A DNA stretch of 32,000 nucleotides, from assembly GCA_963675915.1 (NCBI GenBank), contig OY780959.1:2490001-2522000 (forward strand), in the 5' to 3' direction. This document shows, piece after piece, positions 1-9,128 of this stretch (its first letter is position 1; every line of letters begins with the position of its first letter). Origin of the DNA: Coprobacillaceae bacterium. GTDB lineage: Bacteria; Bacillota_I; Bacilli_A; Erysipelotrichales; Coprobacillaceae. The notes under the pieces were generated by a model, which was not told the DNA's origin, did no database searches, and saw nothing but the letters and a program-made list of their open reading frames with translations. The translations under genes and the position numbers were made by a program.

Positions 1-1086
1 GGGGCTGGCGCAGCAGGTCTTTTTGCCGCCAGCAAACTGAATCCAAGCAATTATCGGGTAGTCTTGCTCGAACAAAACAAAAAGGTCGGGAAAAAAATTC
101 TGGCCACCGGAAACGGTCGGGCCAATATTTCAAACCTCGACATGCGTCCGGAATTCTACCATAACGGGGAAAGATTTGCGGACGATCTTGTTTCTTTCGA
201 TATCAAAAAACAGTTTGAAGATTTGGGCATGTTGCTTCGCTATGACAATAGCCTGGTCTATCCGTACTCAAACAGTTCTAAAACGGTGGTGGATACGTTC
301 TTGATGAATATGGAGAACGTTGAAGTGATCCTGGAATGTCGGGTTGATGCAATCAGACGCAAGGAACGCTATGAACTTGACACGACCAAAGGGATGATGA
401 AGGCCGATATCATCATTGATGCCACCGGTTCAATCGCCGGGGGCTATAACGGTCTTTCGGCTCAACTACAACAATCATTGCCGGTTGAATATGTCGATTT
501 GGAACCAGCGCTGGTGATGCTTAAAACCAGTCCGGTCTACAAAAGTATCAAAGGGGTTAGGGTCAAGGCCAAGGTATCGCTGTTAGTCAATGGCAGAGCG
601 GTCGATTGGCGTCTTGGTGAAGTACTTTTCAATGATACGGGACTATCGGGAATCTGCATCATGCAGCTAAGCCGCCAATATCTCGATTACAAAAACGAAA
701 ATGTGGAAATCAGCATTGATTTGTTGCCACAGATGTCGAAGGCCCAACAGGCGGAGCTAAATGAAAAATATCTCTTGAAATATCATGAGGATTATCGTAA
801 ACTGATTTTCAATGAAAAATTGGCCGAAATGCTCAAAAAGGAAAAAGTGACCAACTTCAAGGATCTGCGCTTCAAGGTCACCGGTACTTTGGAATCAACC
901 AGAGCCCAGGTGATGCGGGGCGGAATATCGCTTGATAGCATCAACGATGACTTTTCCCTGAAAGCATGGCCAGATTACTATGTTGTCGGAGAGGCTTTGG
1001 ATATCGACGGTGATTGTGGCGGATATAACCTCCATTTCGCTTTCACTTCGGCCAACAAAGTGGTCCAAAAAATTATGGAGGCATAA
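1..1086 (+). CDS. HI0933/BaiN-like NAD(P)/FAD-dependent flavoprotein (aminoacetone-oxidase family); 5' end cut by window edge
   Basis: Frame 1 is open from nt 1 (GAGAAGLFAASKLNPSNYRVVLLEQ, a GxGxxG dinucleotide-binding start) and runs into the listed ORF 64..1086. KKILATGNGRANISN and the C-terminal GEALDIDGDCGGYNLHFAF match my memory of HI0933-family signatures. Confidence 0.75.
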   Translation, partial: GAGAAGLFAASKLNPSNYRVVLLEQNKKVGKKILATGNGRANISNLDMRPEFYHNGERFADDLVSFDIKKQFEDLGMLLRYDNSLVYPYSNSSKTVVDTFLMNMENVEVILECRVDAIRRKERYELDTTKGMMKADIIIDATGSIAGGYNGLSAQLQQSLPVEYVDLEPALVMLKTSPVYKSIKGVRVKAKVSLLVNGRAVDWRLGEVLFNDTGLSGICIMQLSRQYLDYKNENVEISIDLLPQMSKAQQAELNEKYLLKYHEDYRKLIFNEKLAEMLKKEKVTNFKDLRFKVTGTLESTRAQVMRGGISLDSINDDFSLKAWPDYYVVGEALDIDGDCGGYNLHFAFTSANKVVQKIMEA

Positions 1087-1089
1087 ATT

Positions 1090-2658
1090 GTGTTGAAAAT
1101 TAATAATGTCAAAGTGGGATTGAACGATCAGGATTATCGCAAAATAATATCCCAGTTGTTGAACACATCCAAAAATAAGATCAGAAATGTGAAACTGGTT
1201 AAAAAATCAGTCGATGCCAGACGGCAAAAGGTGCACTTCATCTGTTCGTTTGTTTTTGAAATTGACAATGAGCAGGAAATGATGGCTAAGTGCAGGAAAC
1301 TGAATCTGCAAAGTTACCAAGAATATAATTATCCAAAAATCAAGCCTACCGGCGAGAAAATAGTCGTAGTCGGAAGCGGTCCGGCGGGACTTTTTTGCGC
1401 CTACAACCTGGCTCGAGCTAAGCAGCCGGTTGTTTTGATTGAGCGGGGAGAAGCGGTAGAGCAGCGCCAAAAGTCGGTGGCCCGTTTCCTGACATCAGGC
1501 AAGTTGAATTTTGAAAGCAATGTCCAGTTTGGTGAAGGTGGGGCCGGAACATTTTCAGACGGAAAACTGACTACCGGAATCAAGGATAAAAGGAAAGAAT
1601 TCGTTCTGGACACCTTTGTCAAATACGGAAGCCATGATGATATCAAATATGACAGTCTTCCTCATATCGGTTCGGATGTGTTGGTGGAGATATTGAAAAA
1701 TATGCGTGAGGCGATAATCGAGTGGGGAGGCGAAATCCATTTTGAAACCAAGATGGATGATATCGTTGTTGAAGATAATAAGGTAAAGGCGGTAATTGTT
1801 GAAAAAAACGGGTTAATGGAAACCCTGGTCTGCGACAAGTTGGTAGTTGCCCTGGGGCACAGTGCCCGGGACAGTTTCAAAATGCTCCATCATCGCGGGA
1901 TTGCGATGGAATCGAAGCCGTTTGCAGTCGGTCTTAGAATCGAGCATGACCGCGAATTCATCAACCAAAGCCAATTTGGCAAGTATGCGACCCATCCTTC
2001 TTTGAAGGCGGCATCATACAAGATGGCGGTTCATCCGACCAAAAGAGGCGTTTACACATTCTGCATGTGCCCGGGTGGTCAGGTGATGAACTCATCTTCG
2101 CATCAGGATAAACTGGTGGTCAATGGTATGAGCAATTATGCCCGTGATGAGATCAATTCCAACAGTGCCATTCTAGTAACGGTCAATCAGGATGACTATG
2201 GCCAAGATGTTTTCGATGGCGTGCGGTTCCAGGAAGAACTCGAAGCCCGGGCTTTTGCCCTTGGTGGGGGCAACTATAACGTCCCAGTCGAGAACATTGA
2301 AGATTTTCTGAAAATCCCTGGTGAGACAACTCTATTGCCGAGTGTTCAGCCGGGTTATACATATCAGGATTTGACAACTCTTTTTTCCGATGAAATCAAT
2401 GAATCGCTGAAACTGGGGTTGGAGATGATGAATCAAAAAATACCAGGCTTCACTGCCAATGCCGTTTTGTCAGGGGTTGAAAGCCGCTCATCTTCACCGT
2501 TAAGGATACTGCGTGATGATAATTTTGTCAGCAATATCCAGGGATTGTATCCGATTGGCGAAGGAGCTGGATATGCCGGCGGTATCATGTCAAGCGCTAT
2601 TGACGGATTGAAGTGCAGTGAATTTTTAGTCGGAGGGATGAAAATTGGAAAAGATTAG
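1090..2658 (+). CDS. FAD-dependent oxidoreductase, COG2509-type (uncharacterized FAD-dependent dehydrogenase)
   Basis: GTG start lies 8 nt after GGAGG (1077-1081). Motifs: Rossmann VVVGSGPAGLFCAYNLA, then GEGGAGTFSDGKL and C-terminal GEGAGYAGGIMSSAIDG. Confidence 0.75.
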   Translation: MLKINNVKVGLNDQDYRKIISQLLNTSKNKIRNVKLVKKSVDARRQKVHFICSFVFEIDNEQEMMAKCRKLNLQSYQEYNYPKIKPTGEKIVVVGSGPAGLFCAYNLARAKQPVVLIERGEAVEQRQKSVARFLTSGKLNFESNVQFGEGGAGTFSDGKLTTGIKDKRKEFVLDTFVKYGSHDDIKYDSLPHIGSDVLVEILKNMREAIIEWGGEIHFETKMDDIVVEDNKVKAVIVEKNGLMETLVCDKLVVALGHSARDSFKMLHHRGIAMESKPFAVGLRIEHDREFINQSQFGKYATHPSLKAASYKMAVHPTKRGVYTFCMCPGGQVMNSSSHQDKLVVNGMSNYARDEINSNSAILVTVNQDDYGQDVFDGVRFQEELEARAFALGGGNYNVPVENIEDFLKIPGETTLLPSVQPGYTYQDLTTLFSDEINESLKLGLEMMNQKIPGFTANAVLSGVESRSSSPLRILRDDNFVSNIQGLYPIGEGAGYAGGIMSSAIDGLKCSEFLVGGMKIGKD

Positions 2659-4039
2659 CCAAAAATTATCAAAGAATTTTACTCCTACCCAGCAGATTGC
2701 AACTAGCTTTATTATGGTCATCATTATCGGGACCATCATCTTATCGCTGCCTATCAGCAATATCCAGTCGGTCAGACCGTTTGTGGATAATCTTTTCATT
2801 GCGGTATCGGCAACCTGCGTTACGGGGTTGACACCAATTACTGTAGTTGATCAATTCAGCATAGTTGGCCAGTTGACTATTTTGCTGATGATTCAAATCG
2901 GGGGATTGGGCTTCTTGACCCTGCTTAGTTTCCTGCTTTCACGGATTCAGAAAAAACTCAAGCTTTCGACCAGAATCGTCCTTCAGGAATCCCTGAACCG
3001 GGATACCCTGACCGGATTGGATTATTTTGTCGGCCGAATCCTGTTTTTCACCTTGGTGGTTGAAAGTATCGGAGCAATTTTATTGAGTTTTGAATTCGTT
3101 CCCCAGTATGGCTGGGGGCAGGGGATCTATTATGGGATATTCCATTCGATTTCGGCTTTCTGTAATGCCGGTTTCGATTTATTGGGTTCCAGTTCATTAA
3201 TGAATTATGAAACAAACTACTACATGAATATCGTAGTTTCCGCTTTGATTGTAATCGGCGGGCTCGGATTTGTGGTTTGGTTTGAATTATATGATAATTT
3301 TATCAAGGAAAGAAACCGTCCAGCCAAATTCTCAATCGGTCATTATTTCCTGCATTTGTCAGTCCATGCCAAAATTGTGCTTTGTGCAACCGGATTGTTA
3401 CTGTTTTTGGGGGCTGTGATCACGTTTGTAATGGAATTCAACAATCCTGGAACAATCGGTGATTTGAATCTGGCGGATAAGATTCTGGTTTCGGGATTCA
3501 CTTCGGTGACGCTTAGAACAGCTGGTTTTGCGACAATCGATATGGCAAGTCTGATGCCCGGAGCCAAGTTGCTATTCTGTCTGTTCATGTTTATCGGCGG
3601 TTCACCGGCCGGAACAGCAGGGGGGATCAAGACCGTGACTTTCTCTTTGATAATCCTGATGGTATATTCGGTTTATCGAGGTAAAACGGATGTCGTGGTT
3701 TTCAACCGACGGCTGCGAAAACGTCAGGTTTTGCGGGCATTCACCATCTTTATCATTGGAGTTTCAATGACAATTATCGGAATGTTCGTGCTGTTTACTG
3801 TTGAAGATTTACCGCCGATCAATTTGATTTTCGAAGTATTCTCGGCATTCGGGACTGTCGGTCTTTCAGCCGGAGTTACCGGTAGCCTTGGTGAGATCAG
3901 CAAATATCTCATTATCGTGCTGATGTATGTCGGACGGATCGGACCGATCACATTATTGATTAGCTTTGTTAAAAAATCTAGCAGCTTTACCACAGAAGGT
4001 AAGATTAAATACGTTGACGATGAAGTATTGATTGGATAG
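2645..4039 (+). CDS. ktrB: TrkH/KtrB-family K+ uptake membrane subunit
   Basis: Polytopic 464-aa protein with repeated pore-loop-like segments (ATCVTGLT, CNAGFDLLG, LRTAGFAT, SAFGTVGLSAGVT). TTG start lies 7 nt after GGAGGG (2632-2637) and overlaps the upstream gene by 14 nt. It is followed by a KtrA-size RCK protein. Confidence 0.85.
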   Translation: MEKISQKLSKNFTPTQQIATSFIMVIIIGTIILSLPISNIQSVRPFVDNLFIAVSATCVTGLTPITVVDQFSIVGQLTILLMIQIGGLGFLTLLSFLLSRIQKKLKLSTRIVLQESLNRDTLTGLDYFVGRILFFTLVVESIGAILLSFEFVPQYGWGQGIYYGIFHSISAFCNAGFDLLGSSSLMNYETNYYMNIVVSALIVIGGLGFVVWFELYDNFIKERNRPAKFSIGHYFLHLSVHAKIVLCATGLLLFLGAVITFVMEFNNPGTIGDLNLADKILVSGFTSVTLRTAGFATIDMASLMPGAKLLFCLFMFIGGSPAGTAGGIKTVTFSLIILMVYSVYRGKTDVVVFNRRLRKRQVLRAFTIFIIGVSMTIIGMFVLFTVEDLPPINLIFEVFSAFGTVGLSAGVTGSLGEISKYLIIVLMYVGRIGPITLLISFVKKSSSFTTEGKIKYVDDEVLIG

Positions 4040-4048
4040 GAGATAATT

Positions 4049-4711
4049 ATGAAAATTAAACAATGTGCTGTTTTGGGATTAGGAGTTTTTGGTTCTACTG
4101 TTGCCACGACTCTTGAAGAGGAAGGCGTTGAAGTGTTGGCAATCGACAATGACTTGGTTTGTGTTGATCGAGTAGTATCCGAAGTCACAAAGGCTGTTCA
4201 GGCGGATGTTACTGATCTTGGACAGCTTGAAGAGTTGGGAATCGGTGAGTTCGATGCCGCAGTGGTCGCATTATCGAATCACCTTGAAGAATCAATTCTG
4301 GCGATTCTCCATCTTAAGGATATGGGGGTACCATTGGTAATTGCCAAAGCGAAAAACAAGACCGCTAAAATGATCTTGGAAAAAGTCGGAGCTGACCGGG
4401 TAATCAGAGCTGAAAAAGAAATGGGAGTTCGGGTTGGCCGCTCACTGACCAGAACGACAATCACGGATTTCATCGAACTCAATGACCGTTTTGCGATTGT
4501 GGAGATAACCGTTCCAAATGGATGGGTAGGCAAGAGTCTTGAAGAACTCAATGTCCGTCAAAATTACAACATGAATATTCTTGGTTACAAGGGCGTGGAC
4601 GCAACTGAACTGAATGCCATTCCTGACAGCCAATATGTATTCCAAAACGAGGATAAGGTTTTGATTATGGGTGAAGTTAAGAAAATTAAAGAATTGGATA
4701 GCGAAAAATAA
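4049..4711 (+). CDS. ktrA: KtrA/TrkA-type K+ uptake peripheral subunit (RCK_N plus RCK_C, 220 aa)
   Basis: N-terminal Rossmann VLGLGVFGSTVA and a length typical of KtrA. AGGAG RBS upstream of the ATG; located directly after ktrB. Confidence 0.85.
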   Translation: MKIKQCAVLGLGVFGSTVATTLEEEGVEVLAIDNDLVCVDRVVSEVTKAVQADVTDLGQLEELGIGEFDAAVVALSNHLEESILAILHLKDMGVPLVIAKAKNKTAKMILEKVGADRVIRAEKEMGVRVGRSLTRTTITDFIELNDRFAIVEITVPNGWVGKSLEELNVRQNYNMNILGYKGVDATELNAIPDSQYVFQNEDKVLIMGEVKKIKELDSEK

Positions 4712-4731
4712 TTCACACTTTAAGATTAAAA

Positions 4732-4740
4732 TGTTATAAT
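4732..4740 (+). promoter_or_regulatory. Extended -10 promoter element (TGtTATAAT) for darA
   Basis: TGTTATAAT lies 22 nt upstream of the darA ATG, in the 51-nt ktrA-darA gap, and is followed by RBS AAGAGGAGGG (4747-4756). Confidence 0.5.
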
Positions 4741-4762
4741 AATCTTAAGAGGAGGGATACAT

Positions 4763-5089
4763 ATGAAACTCGTAATTGCAATTGTGAGCGATGATGATGC
4801 TCACCAAGTTCAAAAAGAATTGACTAAAAATGATTTCTTTGTCACTAAAATGTCAACAACCGGGGGATTTTTGAAACAAGGTAATACTACTTTCATGTCA
4901 GGAGTCGAAGACGACAAAGTTGAAGATGTCATCAAAATAATAAAAGAAAACGCAAGCAAGAGAATGGAAAAGGAACCTACAATTCCCCCAACTGAGATGG
5001 GTGAATTTTTCAATCCGATGATGGTTGACGTACTAGTTGGTGGTGCGACAGTGTTTGTCCTTGATGTTGATCAGTTCCAAAAATTCTAA
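4763..5089 (+). CDS. darA: PII-like cyclic-di-AMP receptor protein DarA (YaaQ/PstA, DUF970)
   Basis: Near-colinear similarity to B. subtilis DarA as I remember it: MKLVIAIV, VTKMSTTGGFLKQGNTTFMSGVED, IIKEN, VGGATVFVLDVDQFQKF. Strong RBS. Confidence 0.9.
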   Translation: MKLVIAIVSDDDAHQVQKELTKNDFFVTKMSTTGGFLKQGNTTFMSGVEDDKVEDVIKIIKENASKRMEKEPTIPPTEMGEFFNPMMVDVLVGGATVFVLDVDQFQKF

Positions 5090-5112
5090 AGTAGCGATAA
5101 GCTACTTTTTTC
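5090..5112 (+). terminator. Rho-independent terminator after darA
   Basis: Stem AGTAGC/GCTACT (5090-5095 and 5101-5106), loop GATAA, then a T6 tract. Confidence 0.75.
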
Positions 5113-5114
5113 TT

Positions 5115-6251
5115 ATGGAAAACTTGCCGAAGATTTCAGTCGGGCTTGATAATTTCCGGGCTTGTCTTGCCGAGCTGGGGATGCTTGACTGGCAACCGAA
5201 ACTGATTCATGTCGGAGGGACCAATGGAAAAGGTTCGACCGTAAACTACCTGACGACGATTCTCGAACAGGAGTATCAGGTTGGAACTTTCCAAACCCCG
5301 GAACTGATCAGCCGCAACGACATCATCCAGATAAACCACCAACCAATCTCAAAAGAACTTTTTGAAGCAACATACCGAAAATATGAACCGGTGATCACCC
5401 GCTATAATCTTTGCGTATTCGAGGCGGAAATGATCATTGCGTTCGACTATTTTCAACAGTTTGACCTGGATTTCATCATCGTTGAAGTCGGCCTGGGAGG
5501 AACCAAGGATCCCACCAATGCCTTGACCTATGATTTGGCGGTGATAACCAATGTCTCAAAAGATCATCAGCAGTTTCTTGGGGACACCATTGCAGAAATC
5601 GCGCTTAACAAAGCCGGGATTATCAAAAATGCGACTCCGATCATTACCGGGGAAACCAATCCGGATGTGATTGAAATTTTCAAGACCCAAGCCAGACAGT
5701 CCGGTTCCACTTTGATCACCAAAAAAGAATACAGCTACCTTGATGGCATCTTGGAATACAAGGATTACAGAATTGAAAAAATCGAAAGCAACTATCAAGT
5801 AAAAAACATTGCTCTGACGCTGGAAATTGTTGATTTTTTGATTTTATCGGGAATAAAGCTGGAAAAATATGATATAATTAACTCAATTGAAAATTCGAAA
5901 TTGCTCGGTAGATTCACACGTGTAAGGGATAATTTGATTGTAGATGGTGCCCACAATGTTGCCGGAATCAGGGAACTGATCACCAATTTACGGGAACTGG
6001 AAAGTCCCTTGATTGTTTTCAACTGTTTCAAGGATAAAGACTATCGTCAGATGTACCAGTTGTTAAAGGATGAGAACTATCCGGTGATCATCTATTATGA
6101 CGACAATGAGCGTTCGATTACCAGTGAACATCTTCAAGGCCCCCACATTTCAACGATTGAACAGTTGGAAAAAATCGTTGCGGCCAGCCAGATGGTTGTG
6201 GTGTGTGGATCATTGAAGTTTTGCCTTAAAGTTTACCAAAAACTCGGCTGA
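5115..6251 (+). CDS. folC: Folylpolyglutamate synthase / dihydrofolate synthase
   Basis: Mur-ligase-type P-loop HVGGTNGKGST, plus VEVGLGG and DGAHN motifs. Start set at ATG 5115 (MENLPKIS), not 5037, because the upstream extension runs through the darA 3' end and its terminator hairpin. Confidence 0.85.
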   Translation: MENLPKISVGLDNFRACLAELGMLDWQPKLIHVGGTNGKGSTVNYLTTILEQEYQVGTFQTPELISRNDIIQINHQPISKELFEATYRKYEPVITRYNLCVFEAEMIIAFDYFQQFDLDFIIVEVGLGGTKDPTNALTYDLAVITNVSKDHQQFLGDTIAEIALNKAGIIKNATPIITGETNPDVIEIFKTQARQSGSTLITKKEYSYLDGILEYKDYRIEKIESNYQVKNIALTLEIVDFLILSGIKLEKYDIINSIENSKLLGRFTRVRDNLIVDGAHNVAGIRELITNLRELESPLIVFNCFKDKDYRQMYQLLKDENYPVIIYYDDNERSITSEHLQGPHISTIEQLEKIVAASQMVVVCGSLKFCLKVYQKLG

Positions 6252-6284
6252 TTTTGAATAGACAGATATTGAAGGAGGAGATTT

Positions 6285-7016
6285 ATGGATTATCAGGTTG
6301 TGCTTGAAGAATTTCAAGGTCCATTGGACTTGCTGTTGCATCTGATCAAGGAAAAAGAGATGGACCTGGAAAATCTGGAAGTGTTCCGGATCTGTGACCA
6401 GTATCTGGCTTATATCCAAGAAATGCGCGACAAGAACTTGAATATCCTCTCCGAATATCTGGTCATGGCGGCCAATTTGCTGGAGATGAAGTCGAAAATG
6501 CTGATCCCGCGGGTGGAAGTAGACATTGCCGGTGATTACCAGGAAGATCCTCGCGAGGCTCTGATTCGAAGATTGATTGAGTACAAGCGCTATAAGGATG
6601 TTCTTGATGATATCAAATCCAAGTATGAAAGCCGTCAGACGATGATTGTCAAGCCTTCGAGCAATATGGAAGAGTTCGTCGTTGACACATCGACGATGAT
6701 TCCCGAGGGTCTTGATGTCTACAGTCTGATTAGGGCGATGAAGAAAATGTACCAGCGGATCGAACTTTCAAAACCGCTGGAAACCCATATTGCCAGAGTC
6801 GATATTTCCATTGATGACCGTTGTGAAGAAATCAAAGATTATTTCCACCGTATTGCCAACCGGAAAGTTGGATTTCTGGACTTGCTGGAGGACAATCCCA
6901 GCAAAACCAATTTTATCGTAACCTTTCTGGCAATCCTGGTCCTTTGCAAGGATCAGGAAGTATTGATCAGTCAGGACGAATTACATGAGGATATATTTGT
7001 CGAGGGGGTACTATAA
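6285..7016 (+). CDS. scpA: Segregation and condensation protein A
   Basis: N-terminal FQGPLDLLLHLIKEKEMDL is the typical ScpA signature. GGAGG RBS; followed by scpB. Confidence 0.9.
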   Translation: MDYQVVLEEFQGPLDLLLHLIKEKEMDLENLEVFRICDQYLAYIQEMRDKNLNILSEYLVMAANLLEMKSKMLIPRVEVDIAGDYQEDPREALIRRLIEYKRYKDVLDDIKSKYESRQTMIVKPSSNMEEFVVDTSTMIPEGLDVYSLIRAMKKMYQRIELSKPLETHIARVDISIDDRCEEIKDYFHRIANRKVGFLDLLEDNPSKTNFIVTFLAILVLCKDQEVLISQDELHEDIFVEGVL

Positions 7017-7603
7017 TGAACCAAGAAGAATTTTTTGAAATAATTGATGGGATGTTGTTTATCAAAGGTGATGACGGCGTTGAACTCAAAACTATTTCCA
7101 GTGTGCTGGAGTTGACTAAAAAGGAGACTGTGGTTTTGATGGACAGTTATCTTGACTATAAGAACAATGCCCTTCAGGGAGTTATTGTCGTCAATTTCAA
7201 TAATGTCTACAAGATGGCGACCAATCCCAAATATATCGAGTACTATCGCAAGATGGTCAATCAAAGTAAAGCCAAACTCTCGAACGCGGCCCTGGAAACC
7301 TTGGCGATAATTGCTTATAATCAGCCAATCACCCGTCATGATATCGAGGAAATCCGCGGCGTGAGCAGCGATGGAATGATCCGAAATCTGGTGGCTCGAG
7401 CTTTGATCAAGGACTACGGTCGTGCCGACTTGCCGGGATTACCGATTCTTTATGGGGTTACCGATGAATTCTACGATGCATTCGGGCTGACATCCCTGGA
7501 TGAACTTCCCGAACTCGACAACTCCTTATATGCAAAAAGCAATATCGATCTTTTTGATTCCAAATATCAGGAAAAAGTCGAGGAATATCATGAGTTTGAG
7601 TAA
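7016..7603 (+). CDS. scpB: Segregation and condensation protein B
   Basis: LSNAALETLAIIAYNQPITRHDIEEIRGV winged-helix signature. The start overlaps the scpA stop (TAATG). Confidence 0.9.
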   Translation: MNQEEFFEIIDGMLFIKGDDGVELKTISSVLELTKKETVVLMDSYLDYKNNALQGVIVVNFNNVYKMATNPKYIEYYRKMVNQSKAKLSNAALETLAIIAYNQPITRHDIEEIRGVSSDGMIRNLVARALIKDYGRADLPGLPILYGVTDEFYDAFGLTSLDELPELDNSLYAKSNIDLFDSKYQEKVEEYHEFE

Positions 7604-8117
7604 CTTGTGGGGTCATCTTCAGGTAATCAATACTCATAAACTCTACGTAATGAAATTCTGTTTTCGCGTGGGCCTGTACCGCCAGGGACTGCTTCATGAT
7701 CTCTCGAAGTATTCCTTTGTCGAACTTCGGACCGGGATGAAGTACTTCGACGGATTTGTTTCGCCAAACAGCATTGAAAGAAATACCTATGGTTATTCTT
7801 TGGCCTGGCTGCATCACAAAGGACGCAACAAGCATCACTGGGAATACTGGGTGGACTTTACCAAAGACGGTCCCGCACCAGCCGAAATGCCGATAAACTA
7901 CGTTATTGAAATGTTTTTGGACCGGGTAGCTGCCAATATGGTCTATAAAAAGCGGAATTATGTTCAAAGCGATCCGCTTCACTATTACAACCGGACCAAG
8001 TATTACTGTATTCTTCATGAGGAAACTGAAAAAATCCTGGTTGAATTGCTGGAATACCTGGCTGAAAACGGATTTGAGCGGACAATCGAACATATCAACA
8101 GGAAGTATCTGCTATGA
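7590..8117 (+). CDS. Hypothetical His-rich protein, probably DUF5662 family
   Basis: Motifs HKLYVMKFC, GLLHDLSKYS and AWLHHKGRNKHHWEYW resemble what I recall of DUF5662. Start placed at ATG 7590 (GAGGA 5 nt upstream) rather than 7500, which would overlap scpB by about 100 nt. Confidence 0.55.
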   Translation: MSLSNLWGHLQVINTHKLYVMKFCFRVGLYRQGLLHDLSKYSFVELRTGMKYFDGFVSPNSIERNTYGYSLAWLHHKGRNKHHWEYWVDFTKDGPAPAEMPINYVIEMFLDRVAANMVYKKRNYVQSDPLHYYNRTKYYCILHEETEKILVELLEYLAENGFERTIEHINRKYLL

Positions 8118-9031
8118 AATTCATGCAATTAAAATATGCTTTGGAAATTGAGAGAATCGGATCGATCAAAAAAGCGGCCCAGTCGCTTAATGTAAATCAG
8201 CCGTATCTTTCCCGGGTGGTTCATTCCTTGGAAGATGAAATCGGGTTGAAAATATTTGAGCGGACGTCCAAAGGAGTCAGCCCGACGCTTAAAGGAAAGA
8301 TCTTTTTGGATAAGTCCCGCAAAGTTATCGGAGAACTTGATGAACTTGAAAGTCTCTTTGTCCATTCGCCGGCAACTGTCAAATTCCAAGTAGCCCTGCC
8401 GCGGGCGAGCTATATTGCCAAGGCTTATATCGATTTACTGGCCCATATCAATTTTGATAATACTTCAATTGATTTCAATTATTTTGAAACCAGCAGCGAT
8501 GAAGTCATAAAGTTGATTGTTGAATCACAATTCGATATCGGGATAATCCGCTATAGTGCCTTGCAGGAGCGTAAATATGATGAGATTCTGATTGAGAAGA
8601 ATCTCAAACGGCAAAAGTTATGCACTTTCGAAGCCCAGGTCCTGATGTCCAAAAATCATCCATTGGCCACACAGGAACATATTTATCTTGAAGATCTCAA
8701 TCGCCATACCCAACTTTATCACGGCGATAATGACTTCTTTTTGTCGCCTAACTATCAAGTCGACGGTCATAGCAATTCCGAATGTCACAAGCGGATTTTA
8801 ATCTATGAACGCGCCAGTCAGCTGGAGATGCTCTCAAAGGTTACCGATACCTTTATGTGGGTATCGCCGATGCCTCAAAGCATCCTTGACCGCTACGGCC
8901 TGGTAACCAAAAACTGCGACAATATCTGCGTCAAGTATGTCGATGTCCTGATATATCGGGACAACTATTATCTGTCACGTTATGACCACCTCTTTATCGA
9001 GTTGATCAATAAAAACATCAACATGATCTAG
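8114..9031 (+). CDS. LysR-family transcriptional regulator
   Basis: N-terminal HTH: MQLKYALEIERIGSIKKAAQSLNVNQPYLSRVVHSLEDEIGLKIFERTSKGVSPT. 305 aa. ATGA overlap with the upstream gene. Confidence 0.9.
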   Translation: MKFMQLKYALEIERIGSIKKAAQSLNVNQPYLSRVVHSLEDEIGLKIFERTSKGVSPTLKGKIFLDKSRKVIGELDELESLFVHSPATVKFQVALPRASYIAKAYIDLLAHINFDNTSIDFNYFETSSDEVIKLIVESQFDIGIIRYSALQERKYDEILIEKNLKRQKLCTFEAQVLMSKNHPLATQEHIYLEDLNRHTQLYHGDNDFFLSPNYQVDGHSNSECHKRILIYERASQLEMLSKVTDTFMWVSPMPQSILDRYGLVTKNCDNICVKYVDVLIYRDNYYLSRYDHLFIELINKNINMI

Positions 9032-9058
9032 GTATGCCAAATAAGGCATACCTTTTTT
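9031..9058 (+). terminator. Rho-independent terminator after the LysR gene
   Basis: Stem GGTATGCC/GGCATACC (perfect 8 bp), loop AAATAA, then T6. Confidence 0.8.
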
Positions 9059-9128
9059 GATTAAATGGTATAACTTTTATAATCGCTTCCATGTTAAAAT
9101 ATTAACAAAGATAAAGGAGGAGACATAA

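Noticed and set aside
2560-2660. Possible c-di-AMP (ydaO/kimA-type) riboswitch ahead of ktrB
   Set aside because: There is no non-coding space. ktrB overlaps the upstream flavoprotein gene by 14 nt.
5037-5114. Upstream extension of folC (track start at 5037)
   Set aside because: The extension overlaps the darA 3' end and reads through the darA terminator hairpin (5090-5112). The conserved FolC-like N-terminus begins at ATG 5115.
7458-8093. 211-aa ORF on the minus strand, opposite the DUF5662-like gene and the scpB 3' end
   Set aside because: It has no RBS or promoter context and a low-complexity, Phe/His/Val-rich composition. It lies entirely antisense to a + strand ORF that has recognisable motifs and is translationally coupled to its neighbours. 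This is typical of a stop-poor antisense frame.
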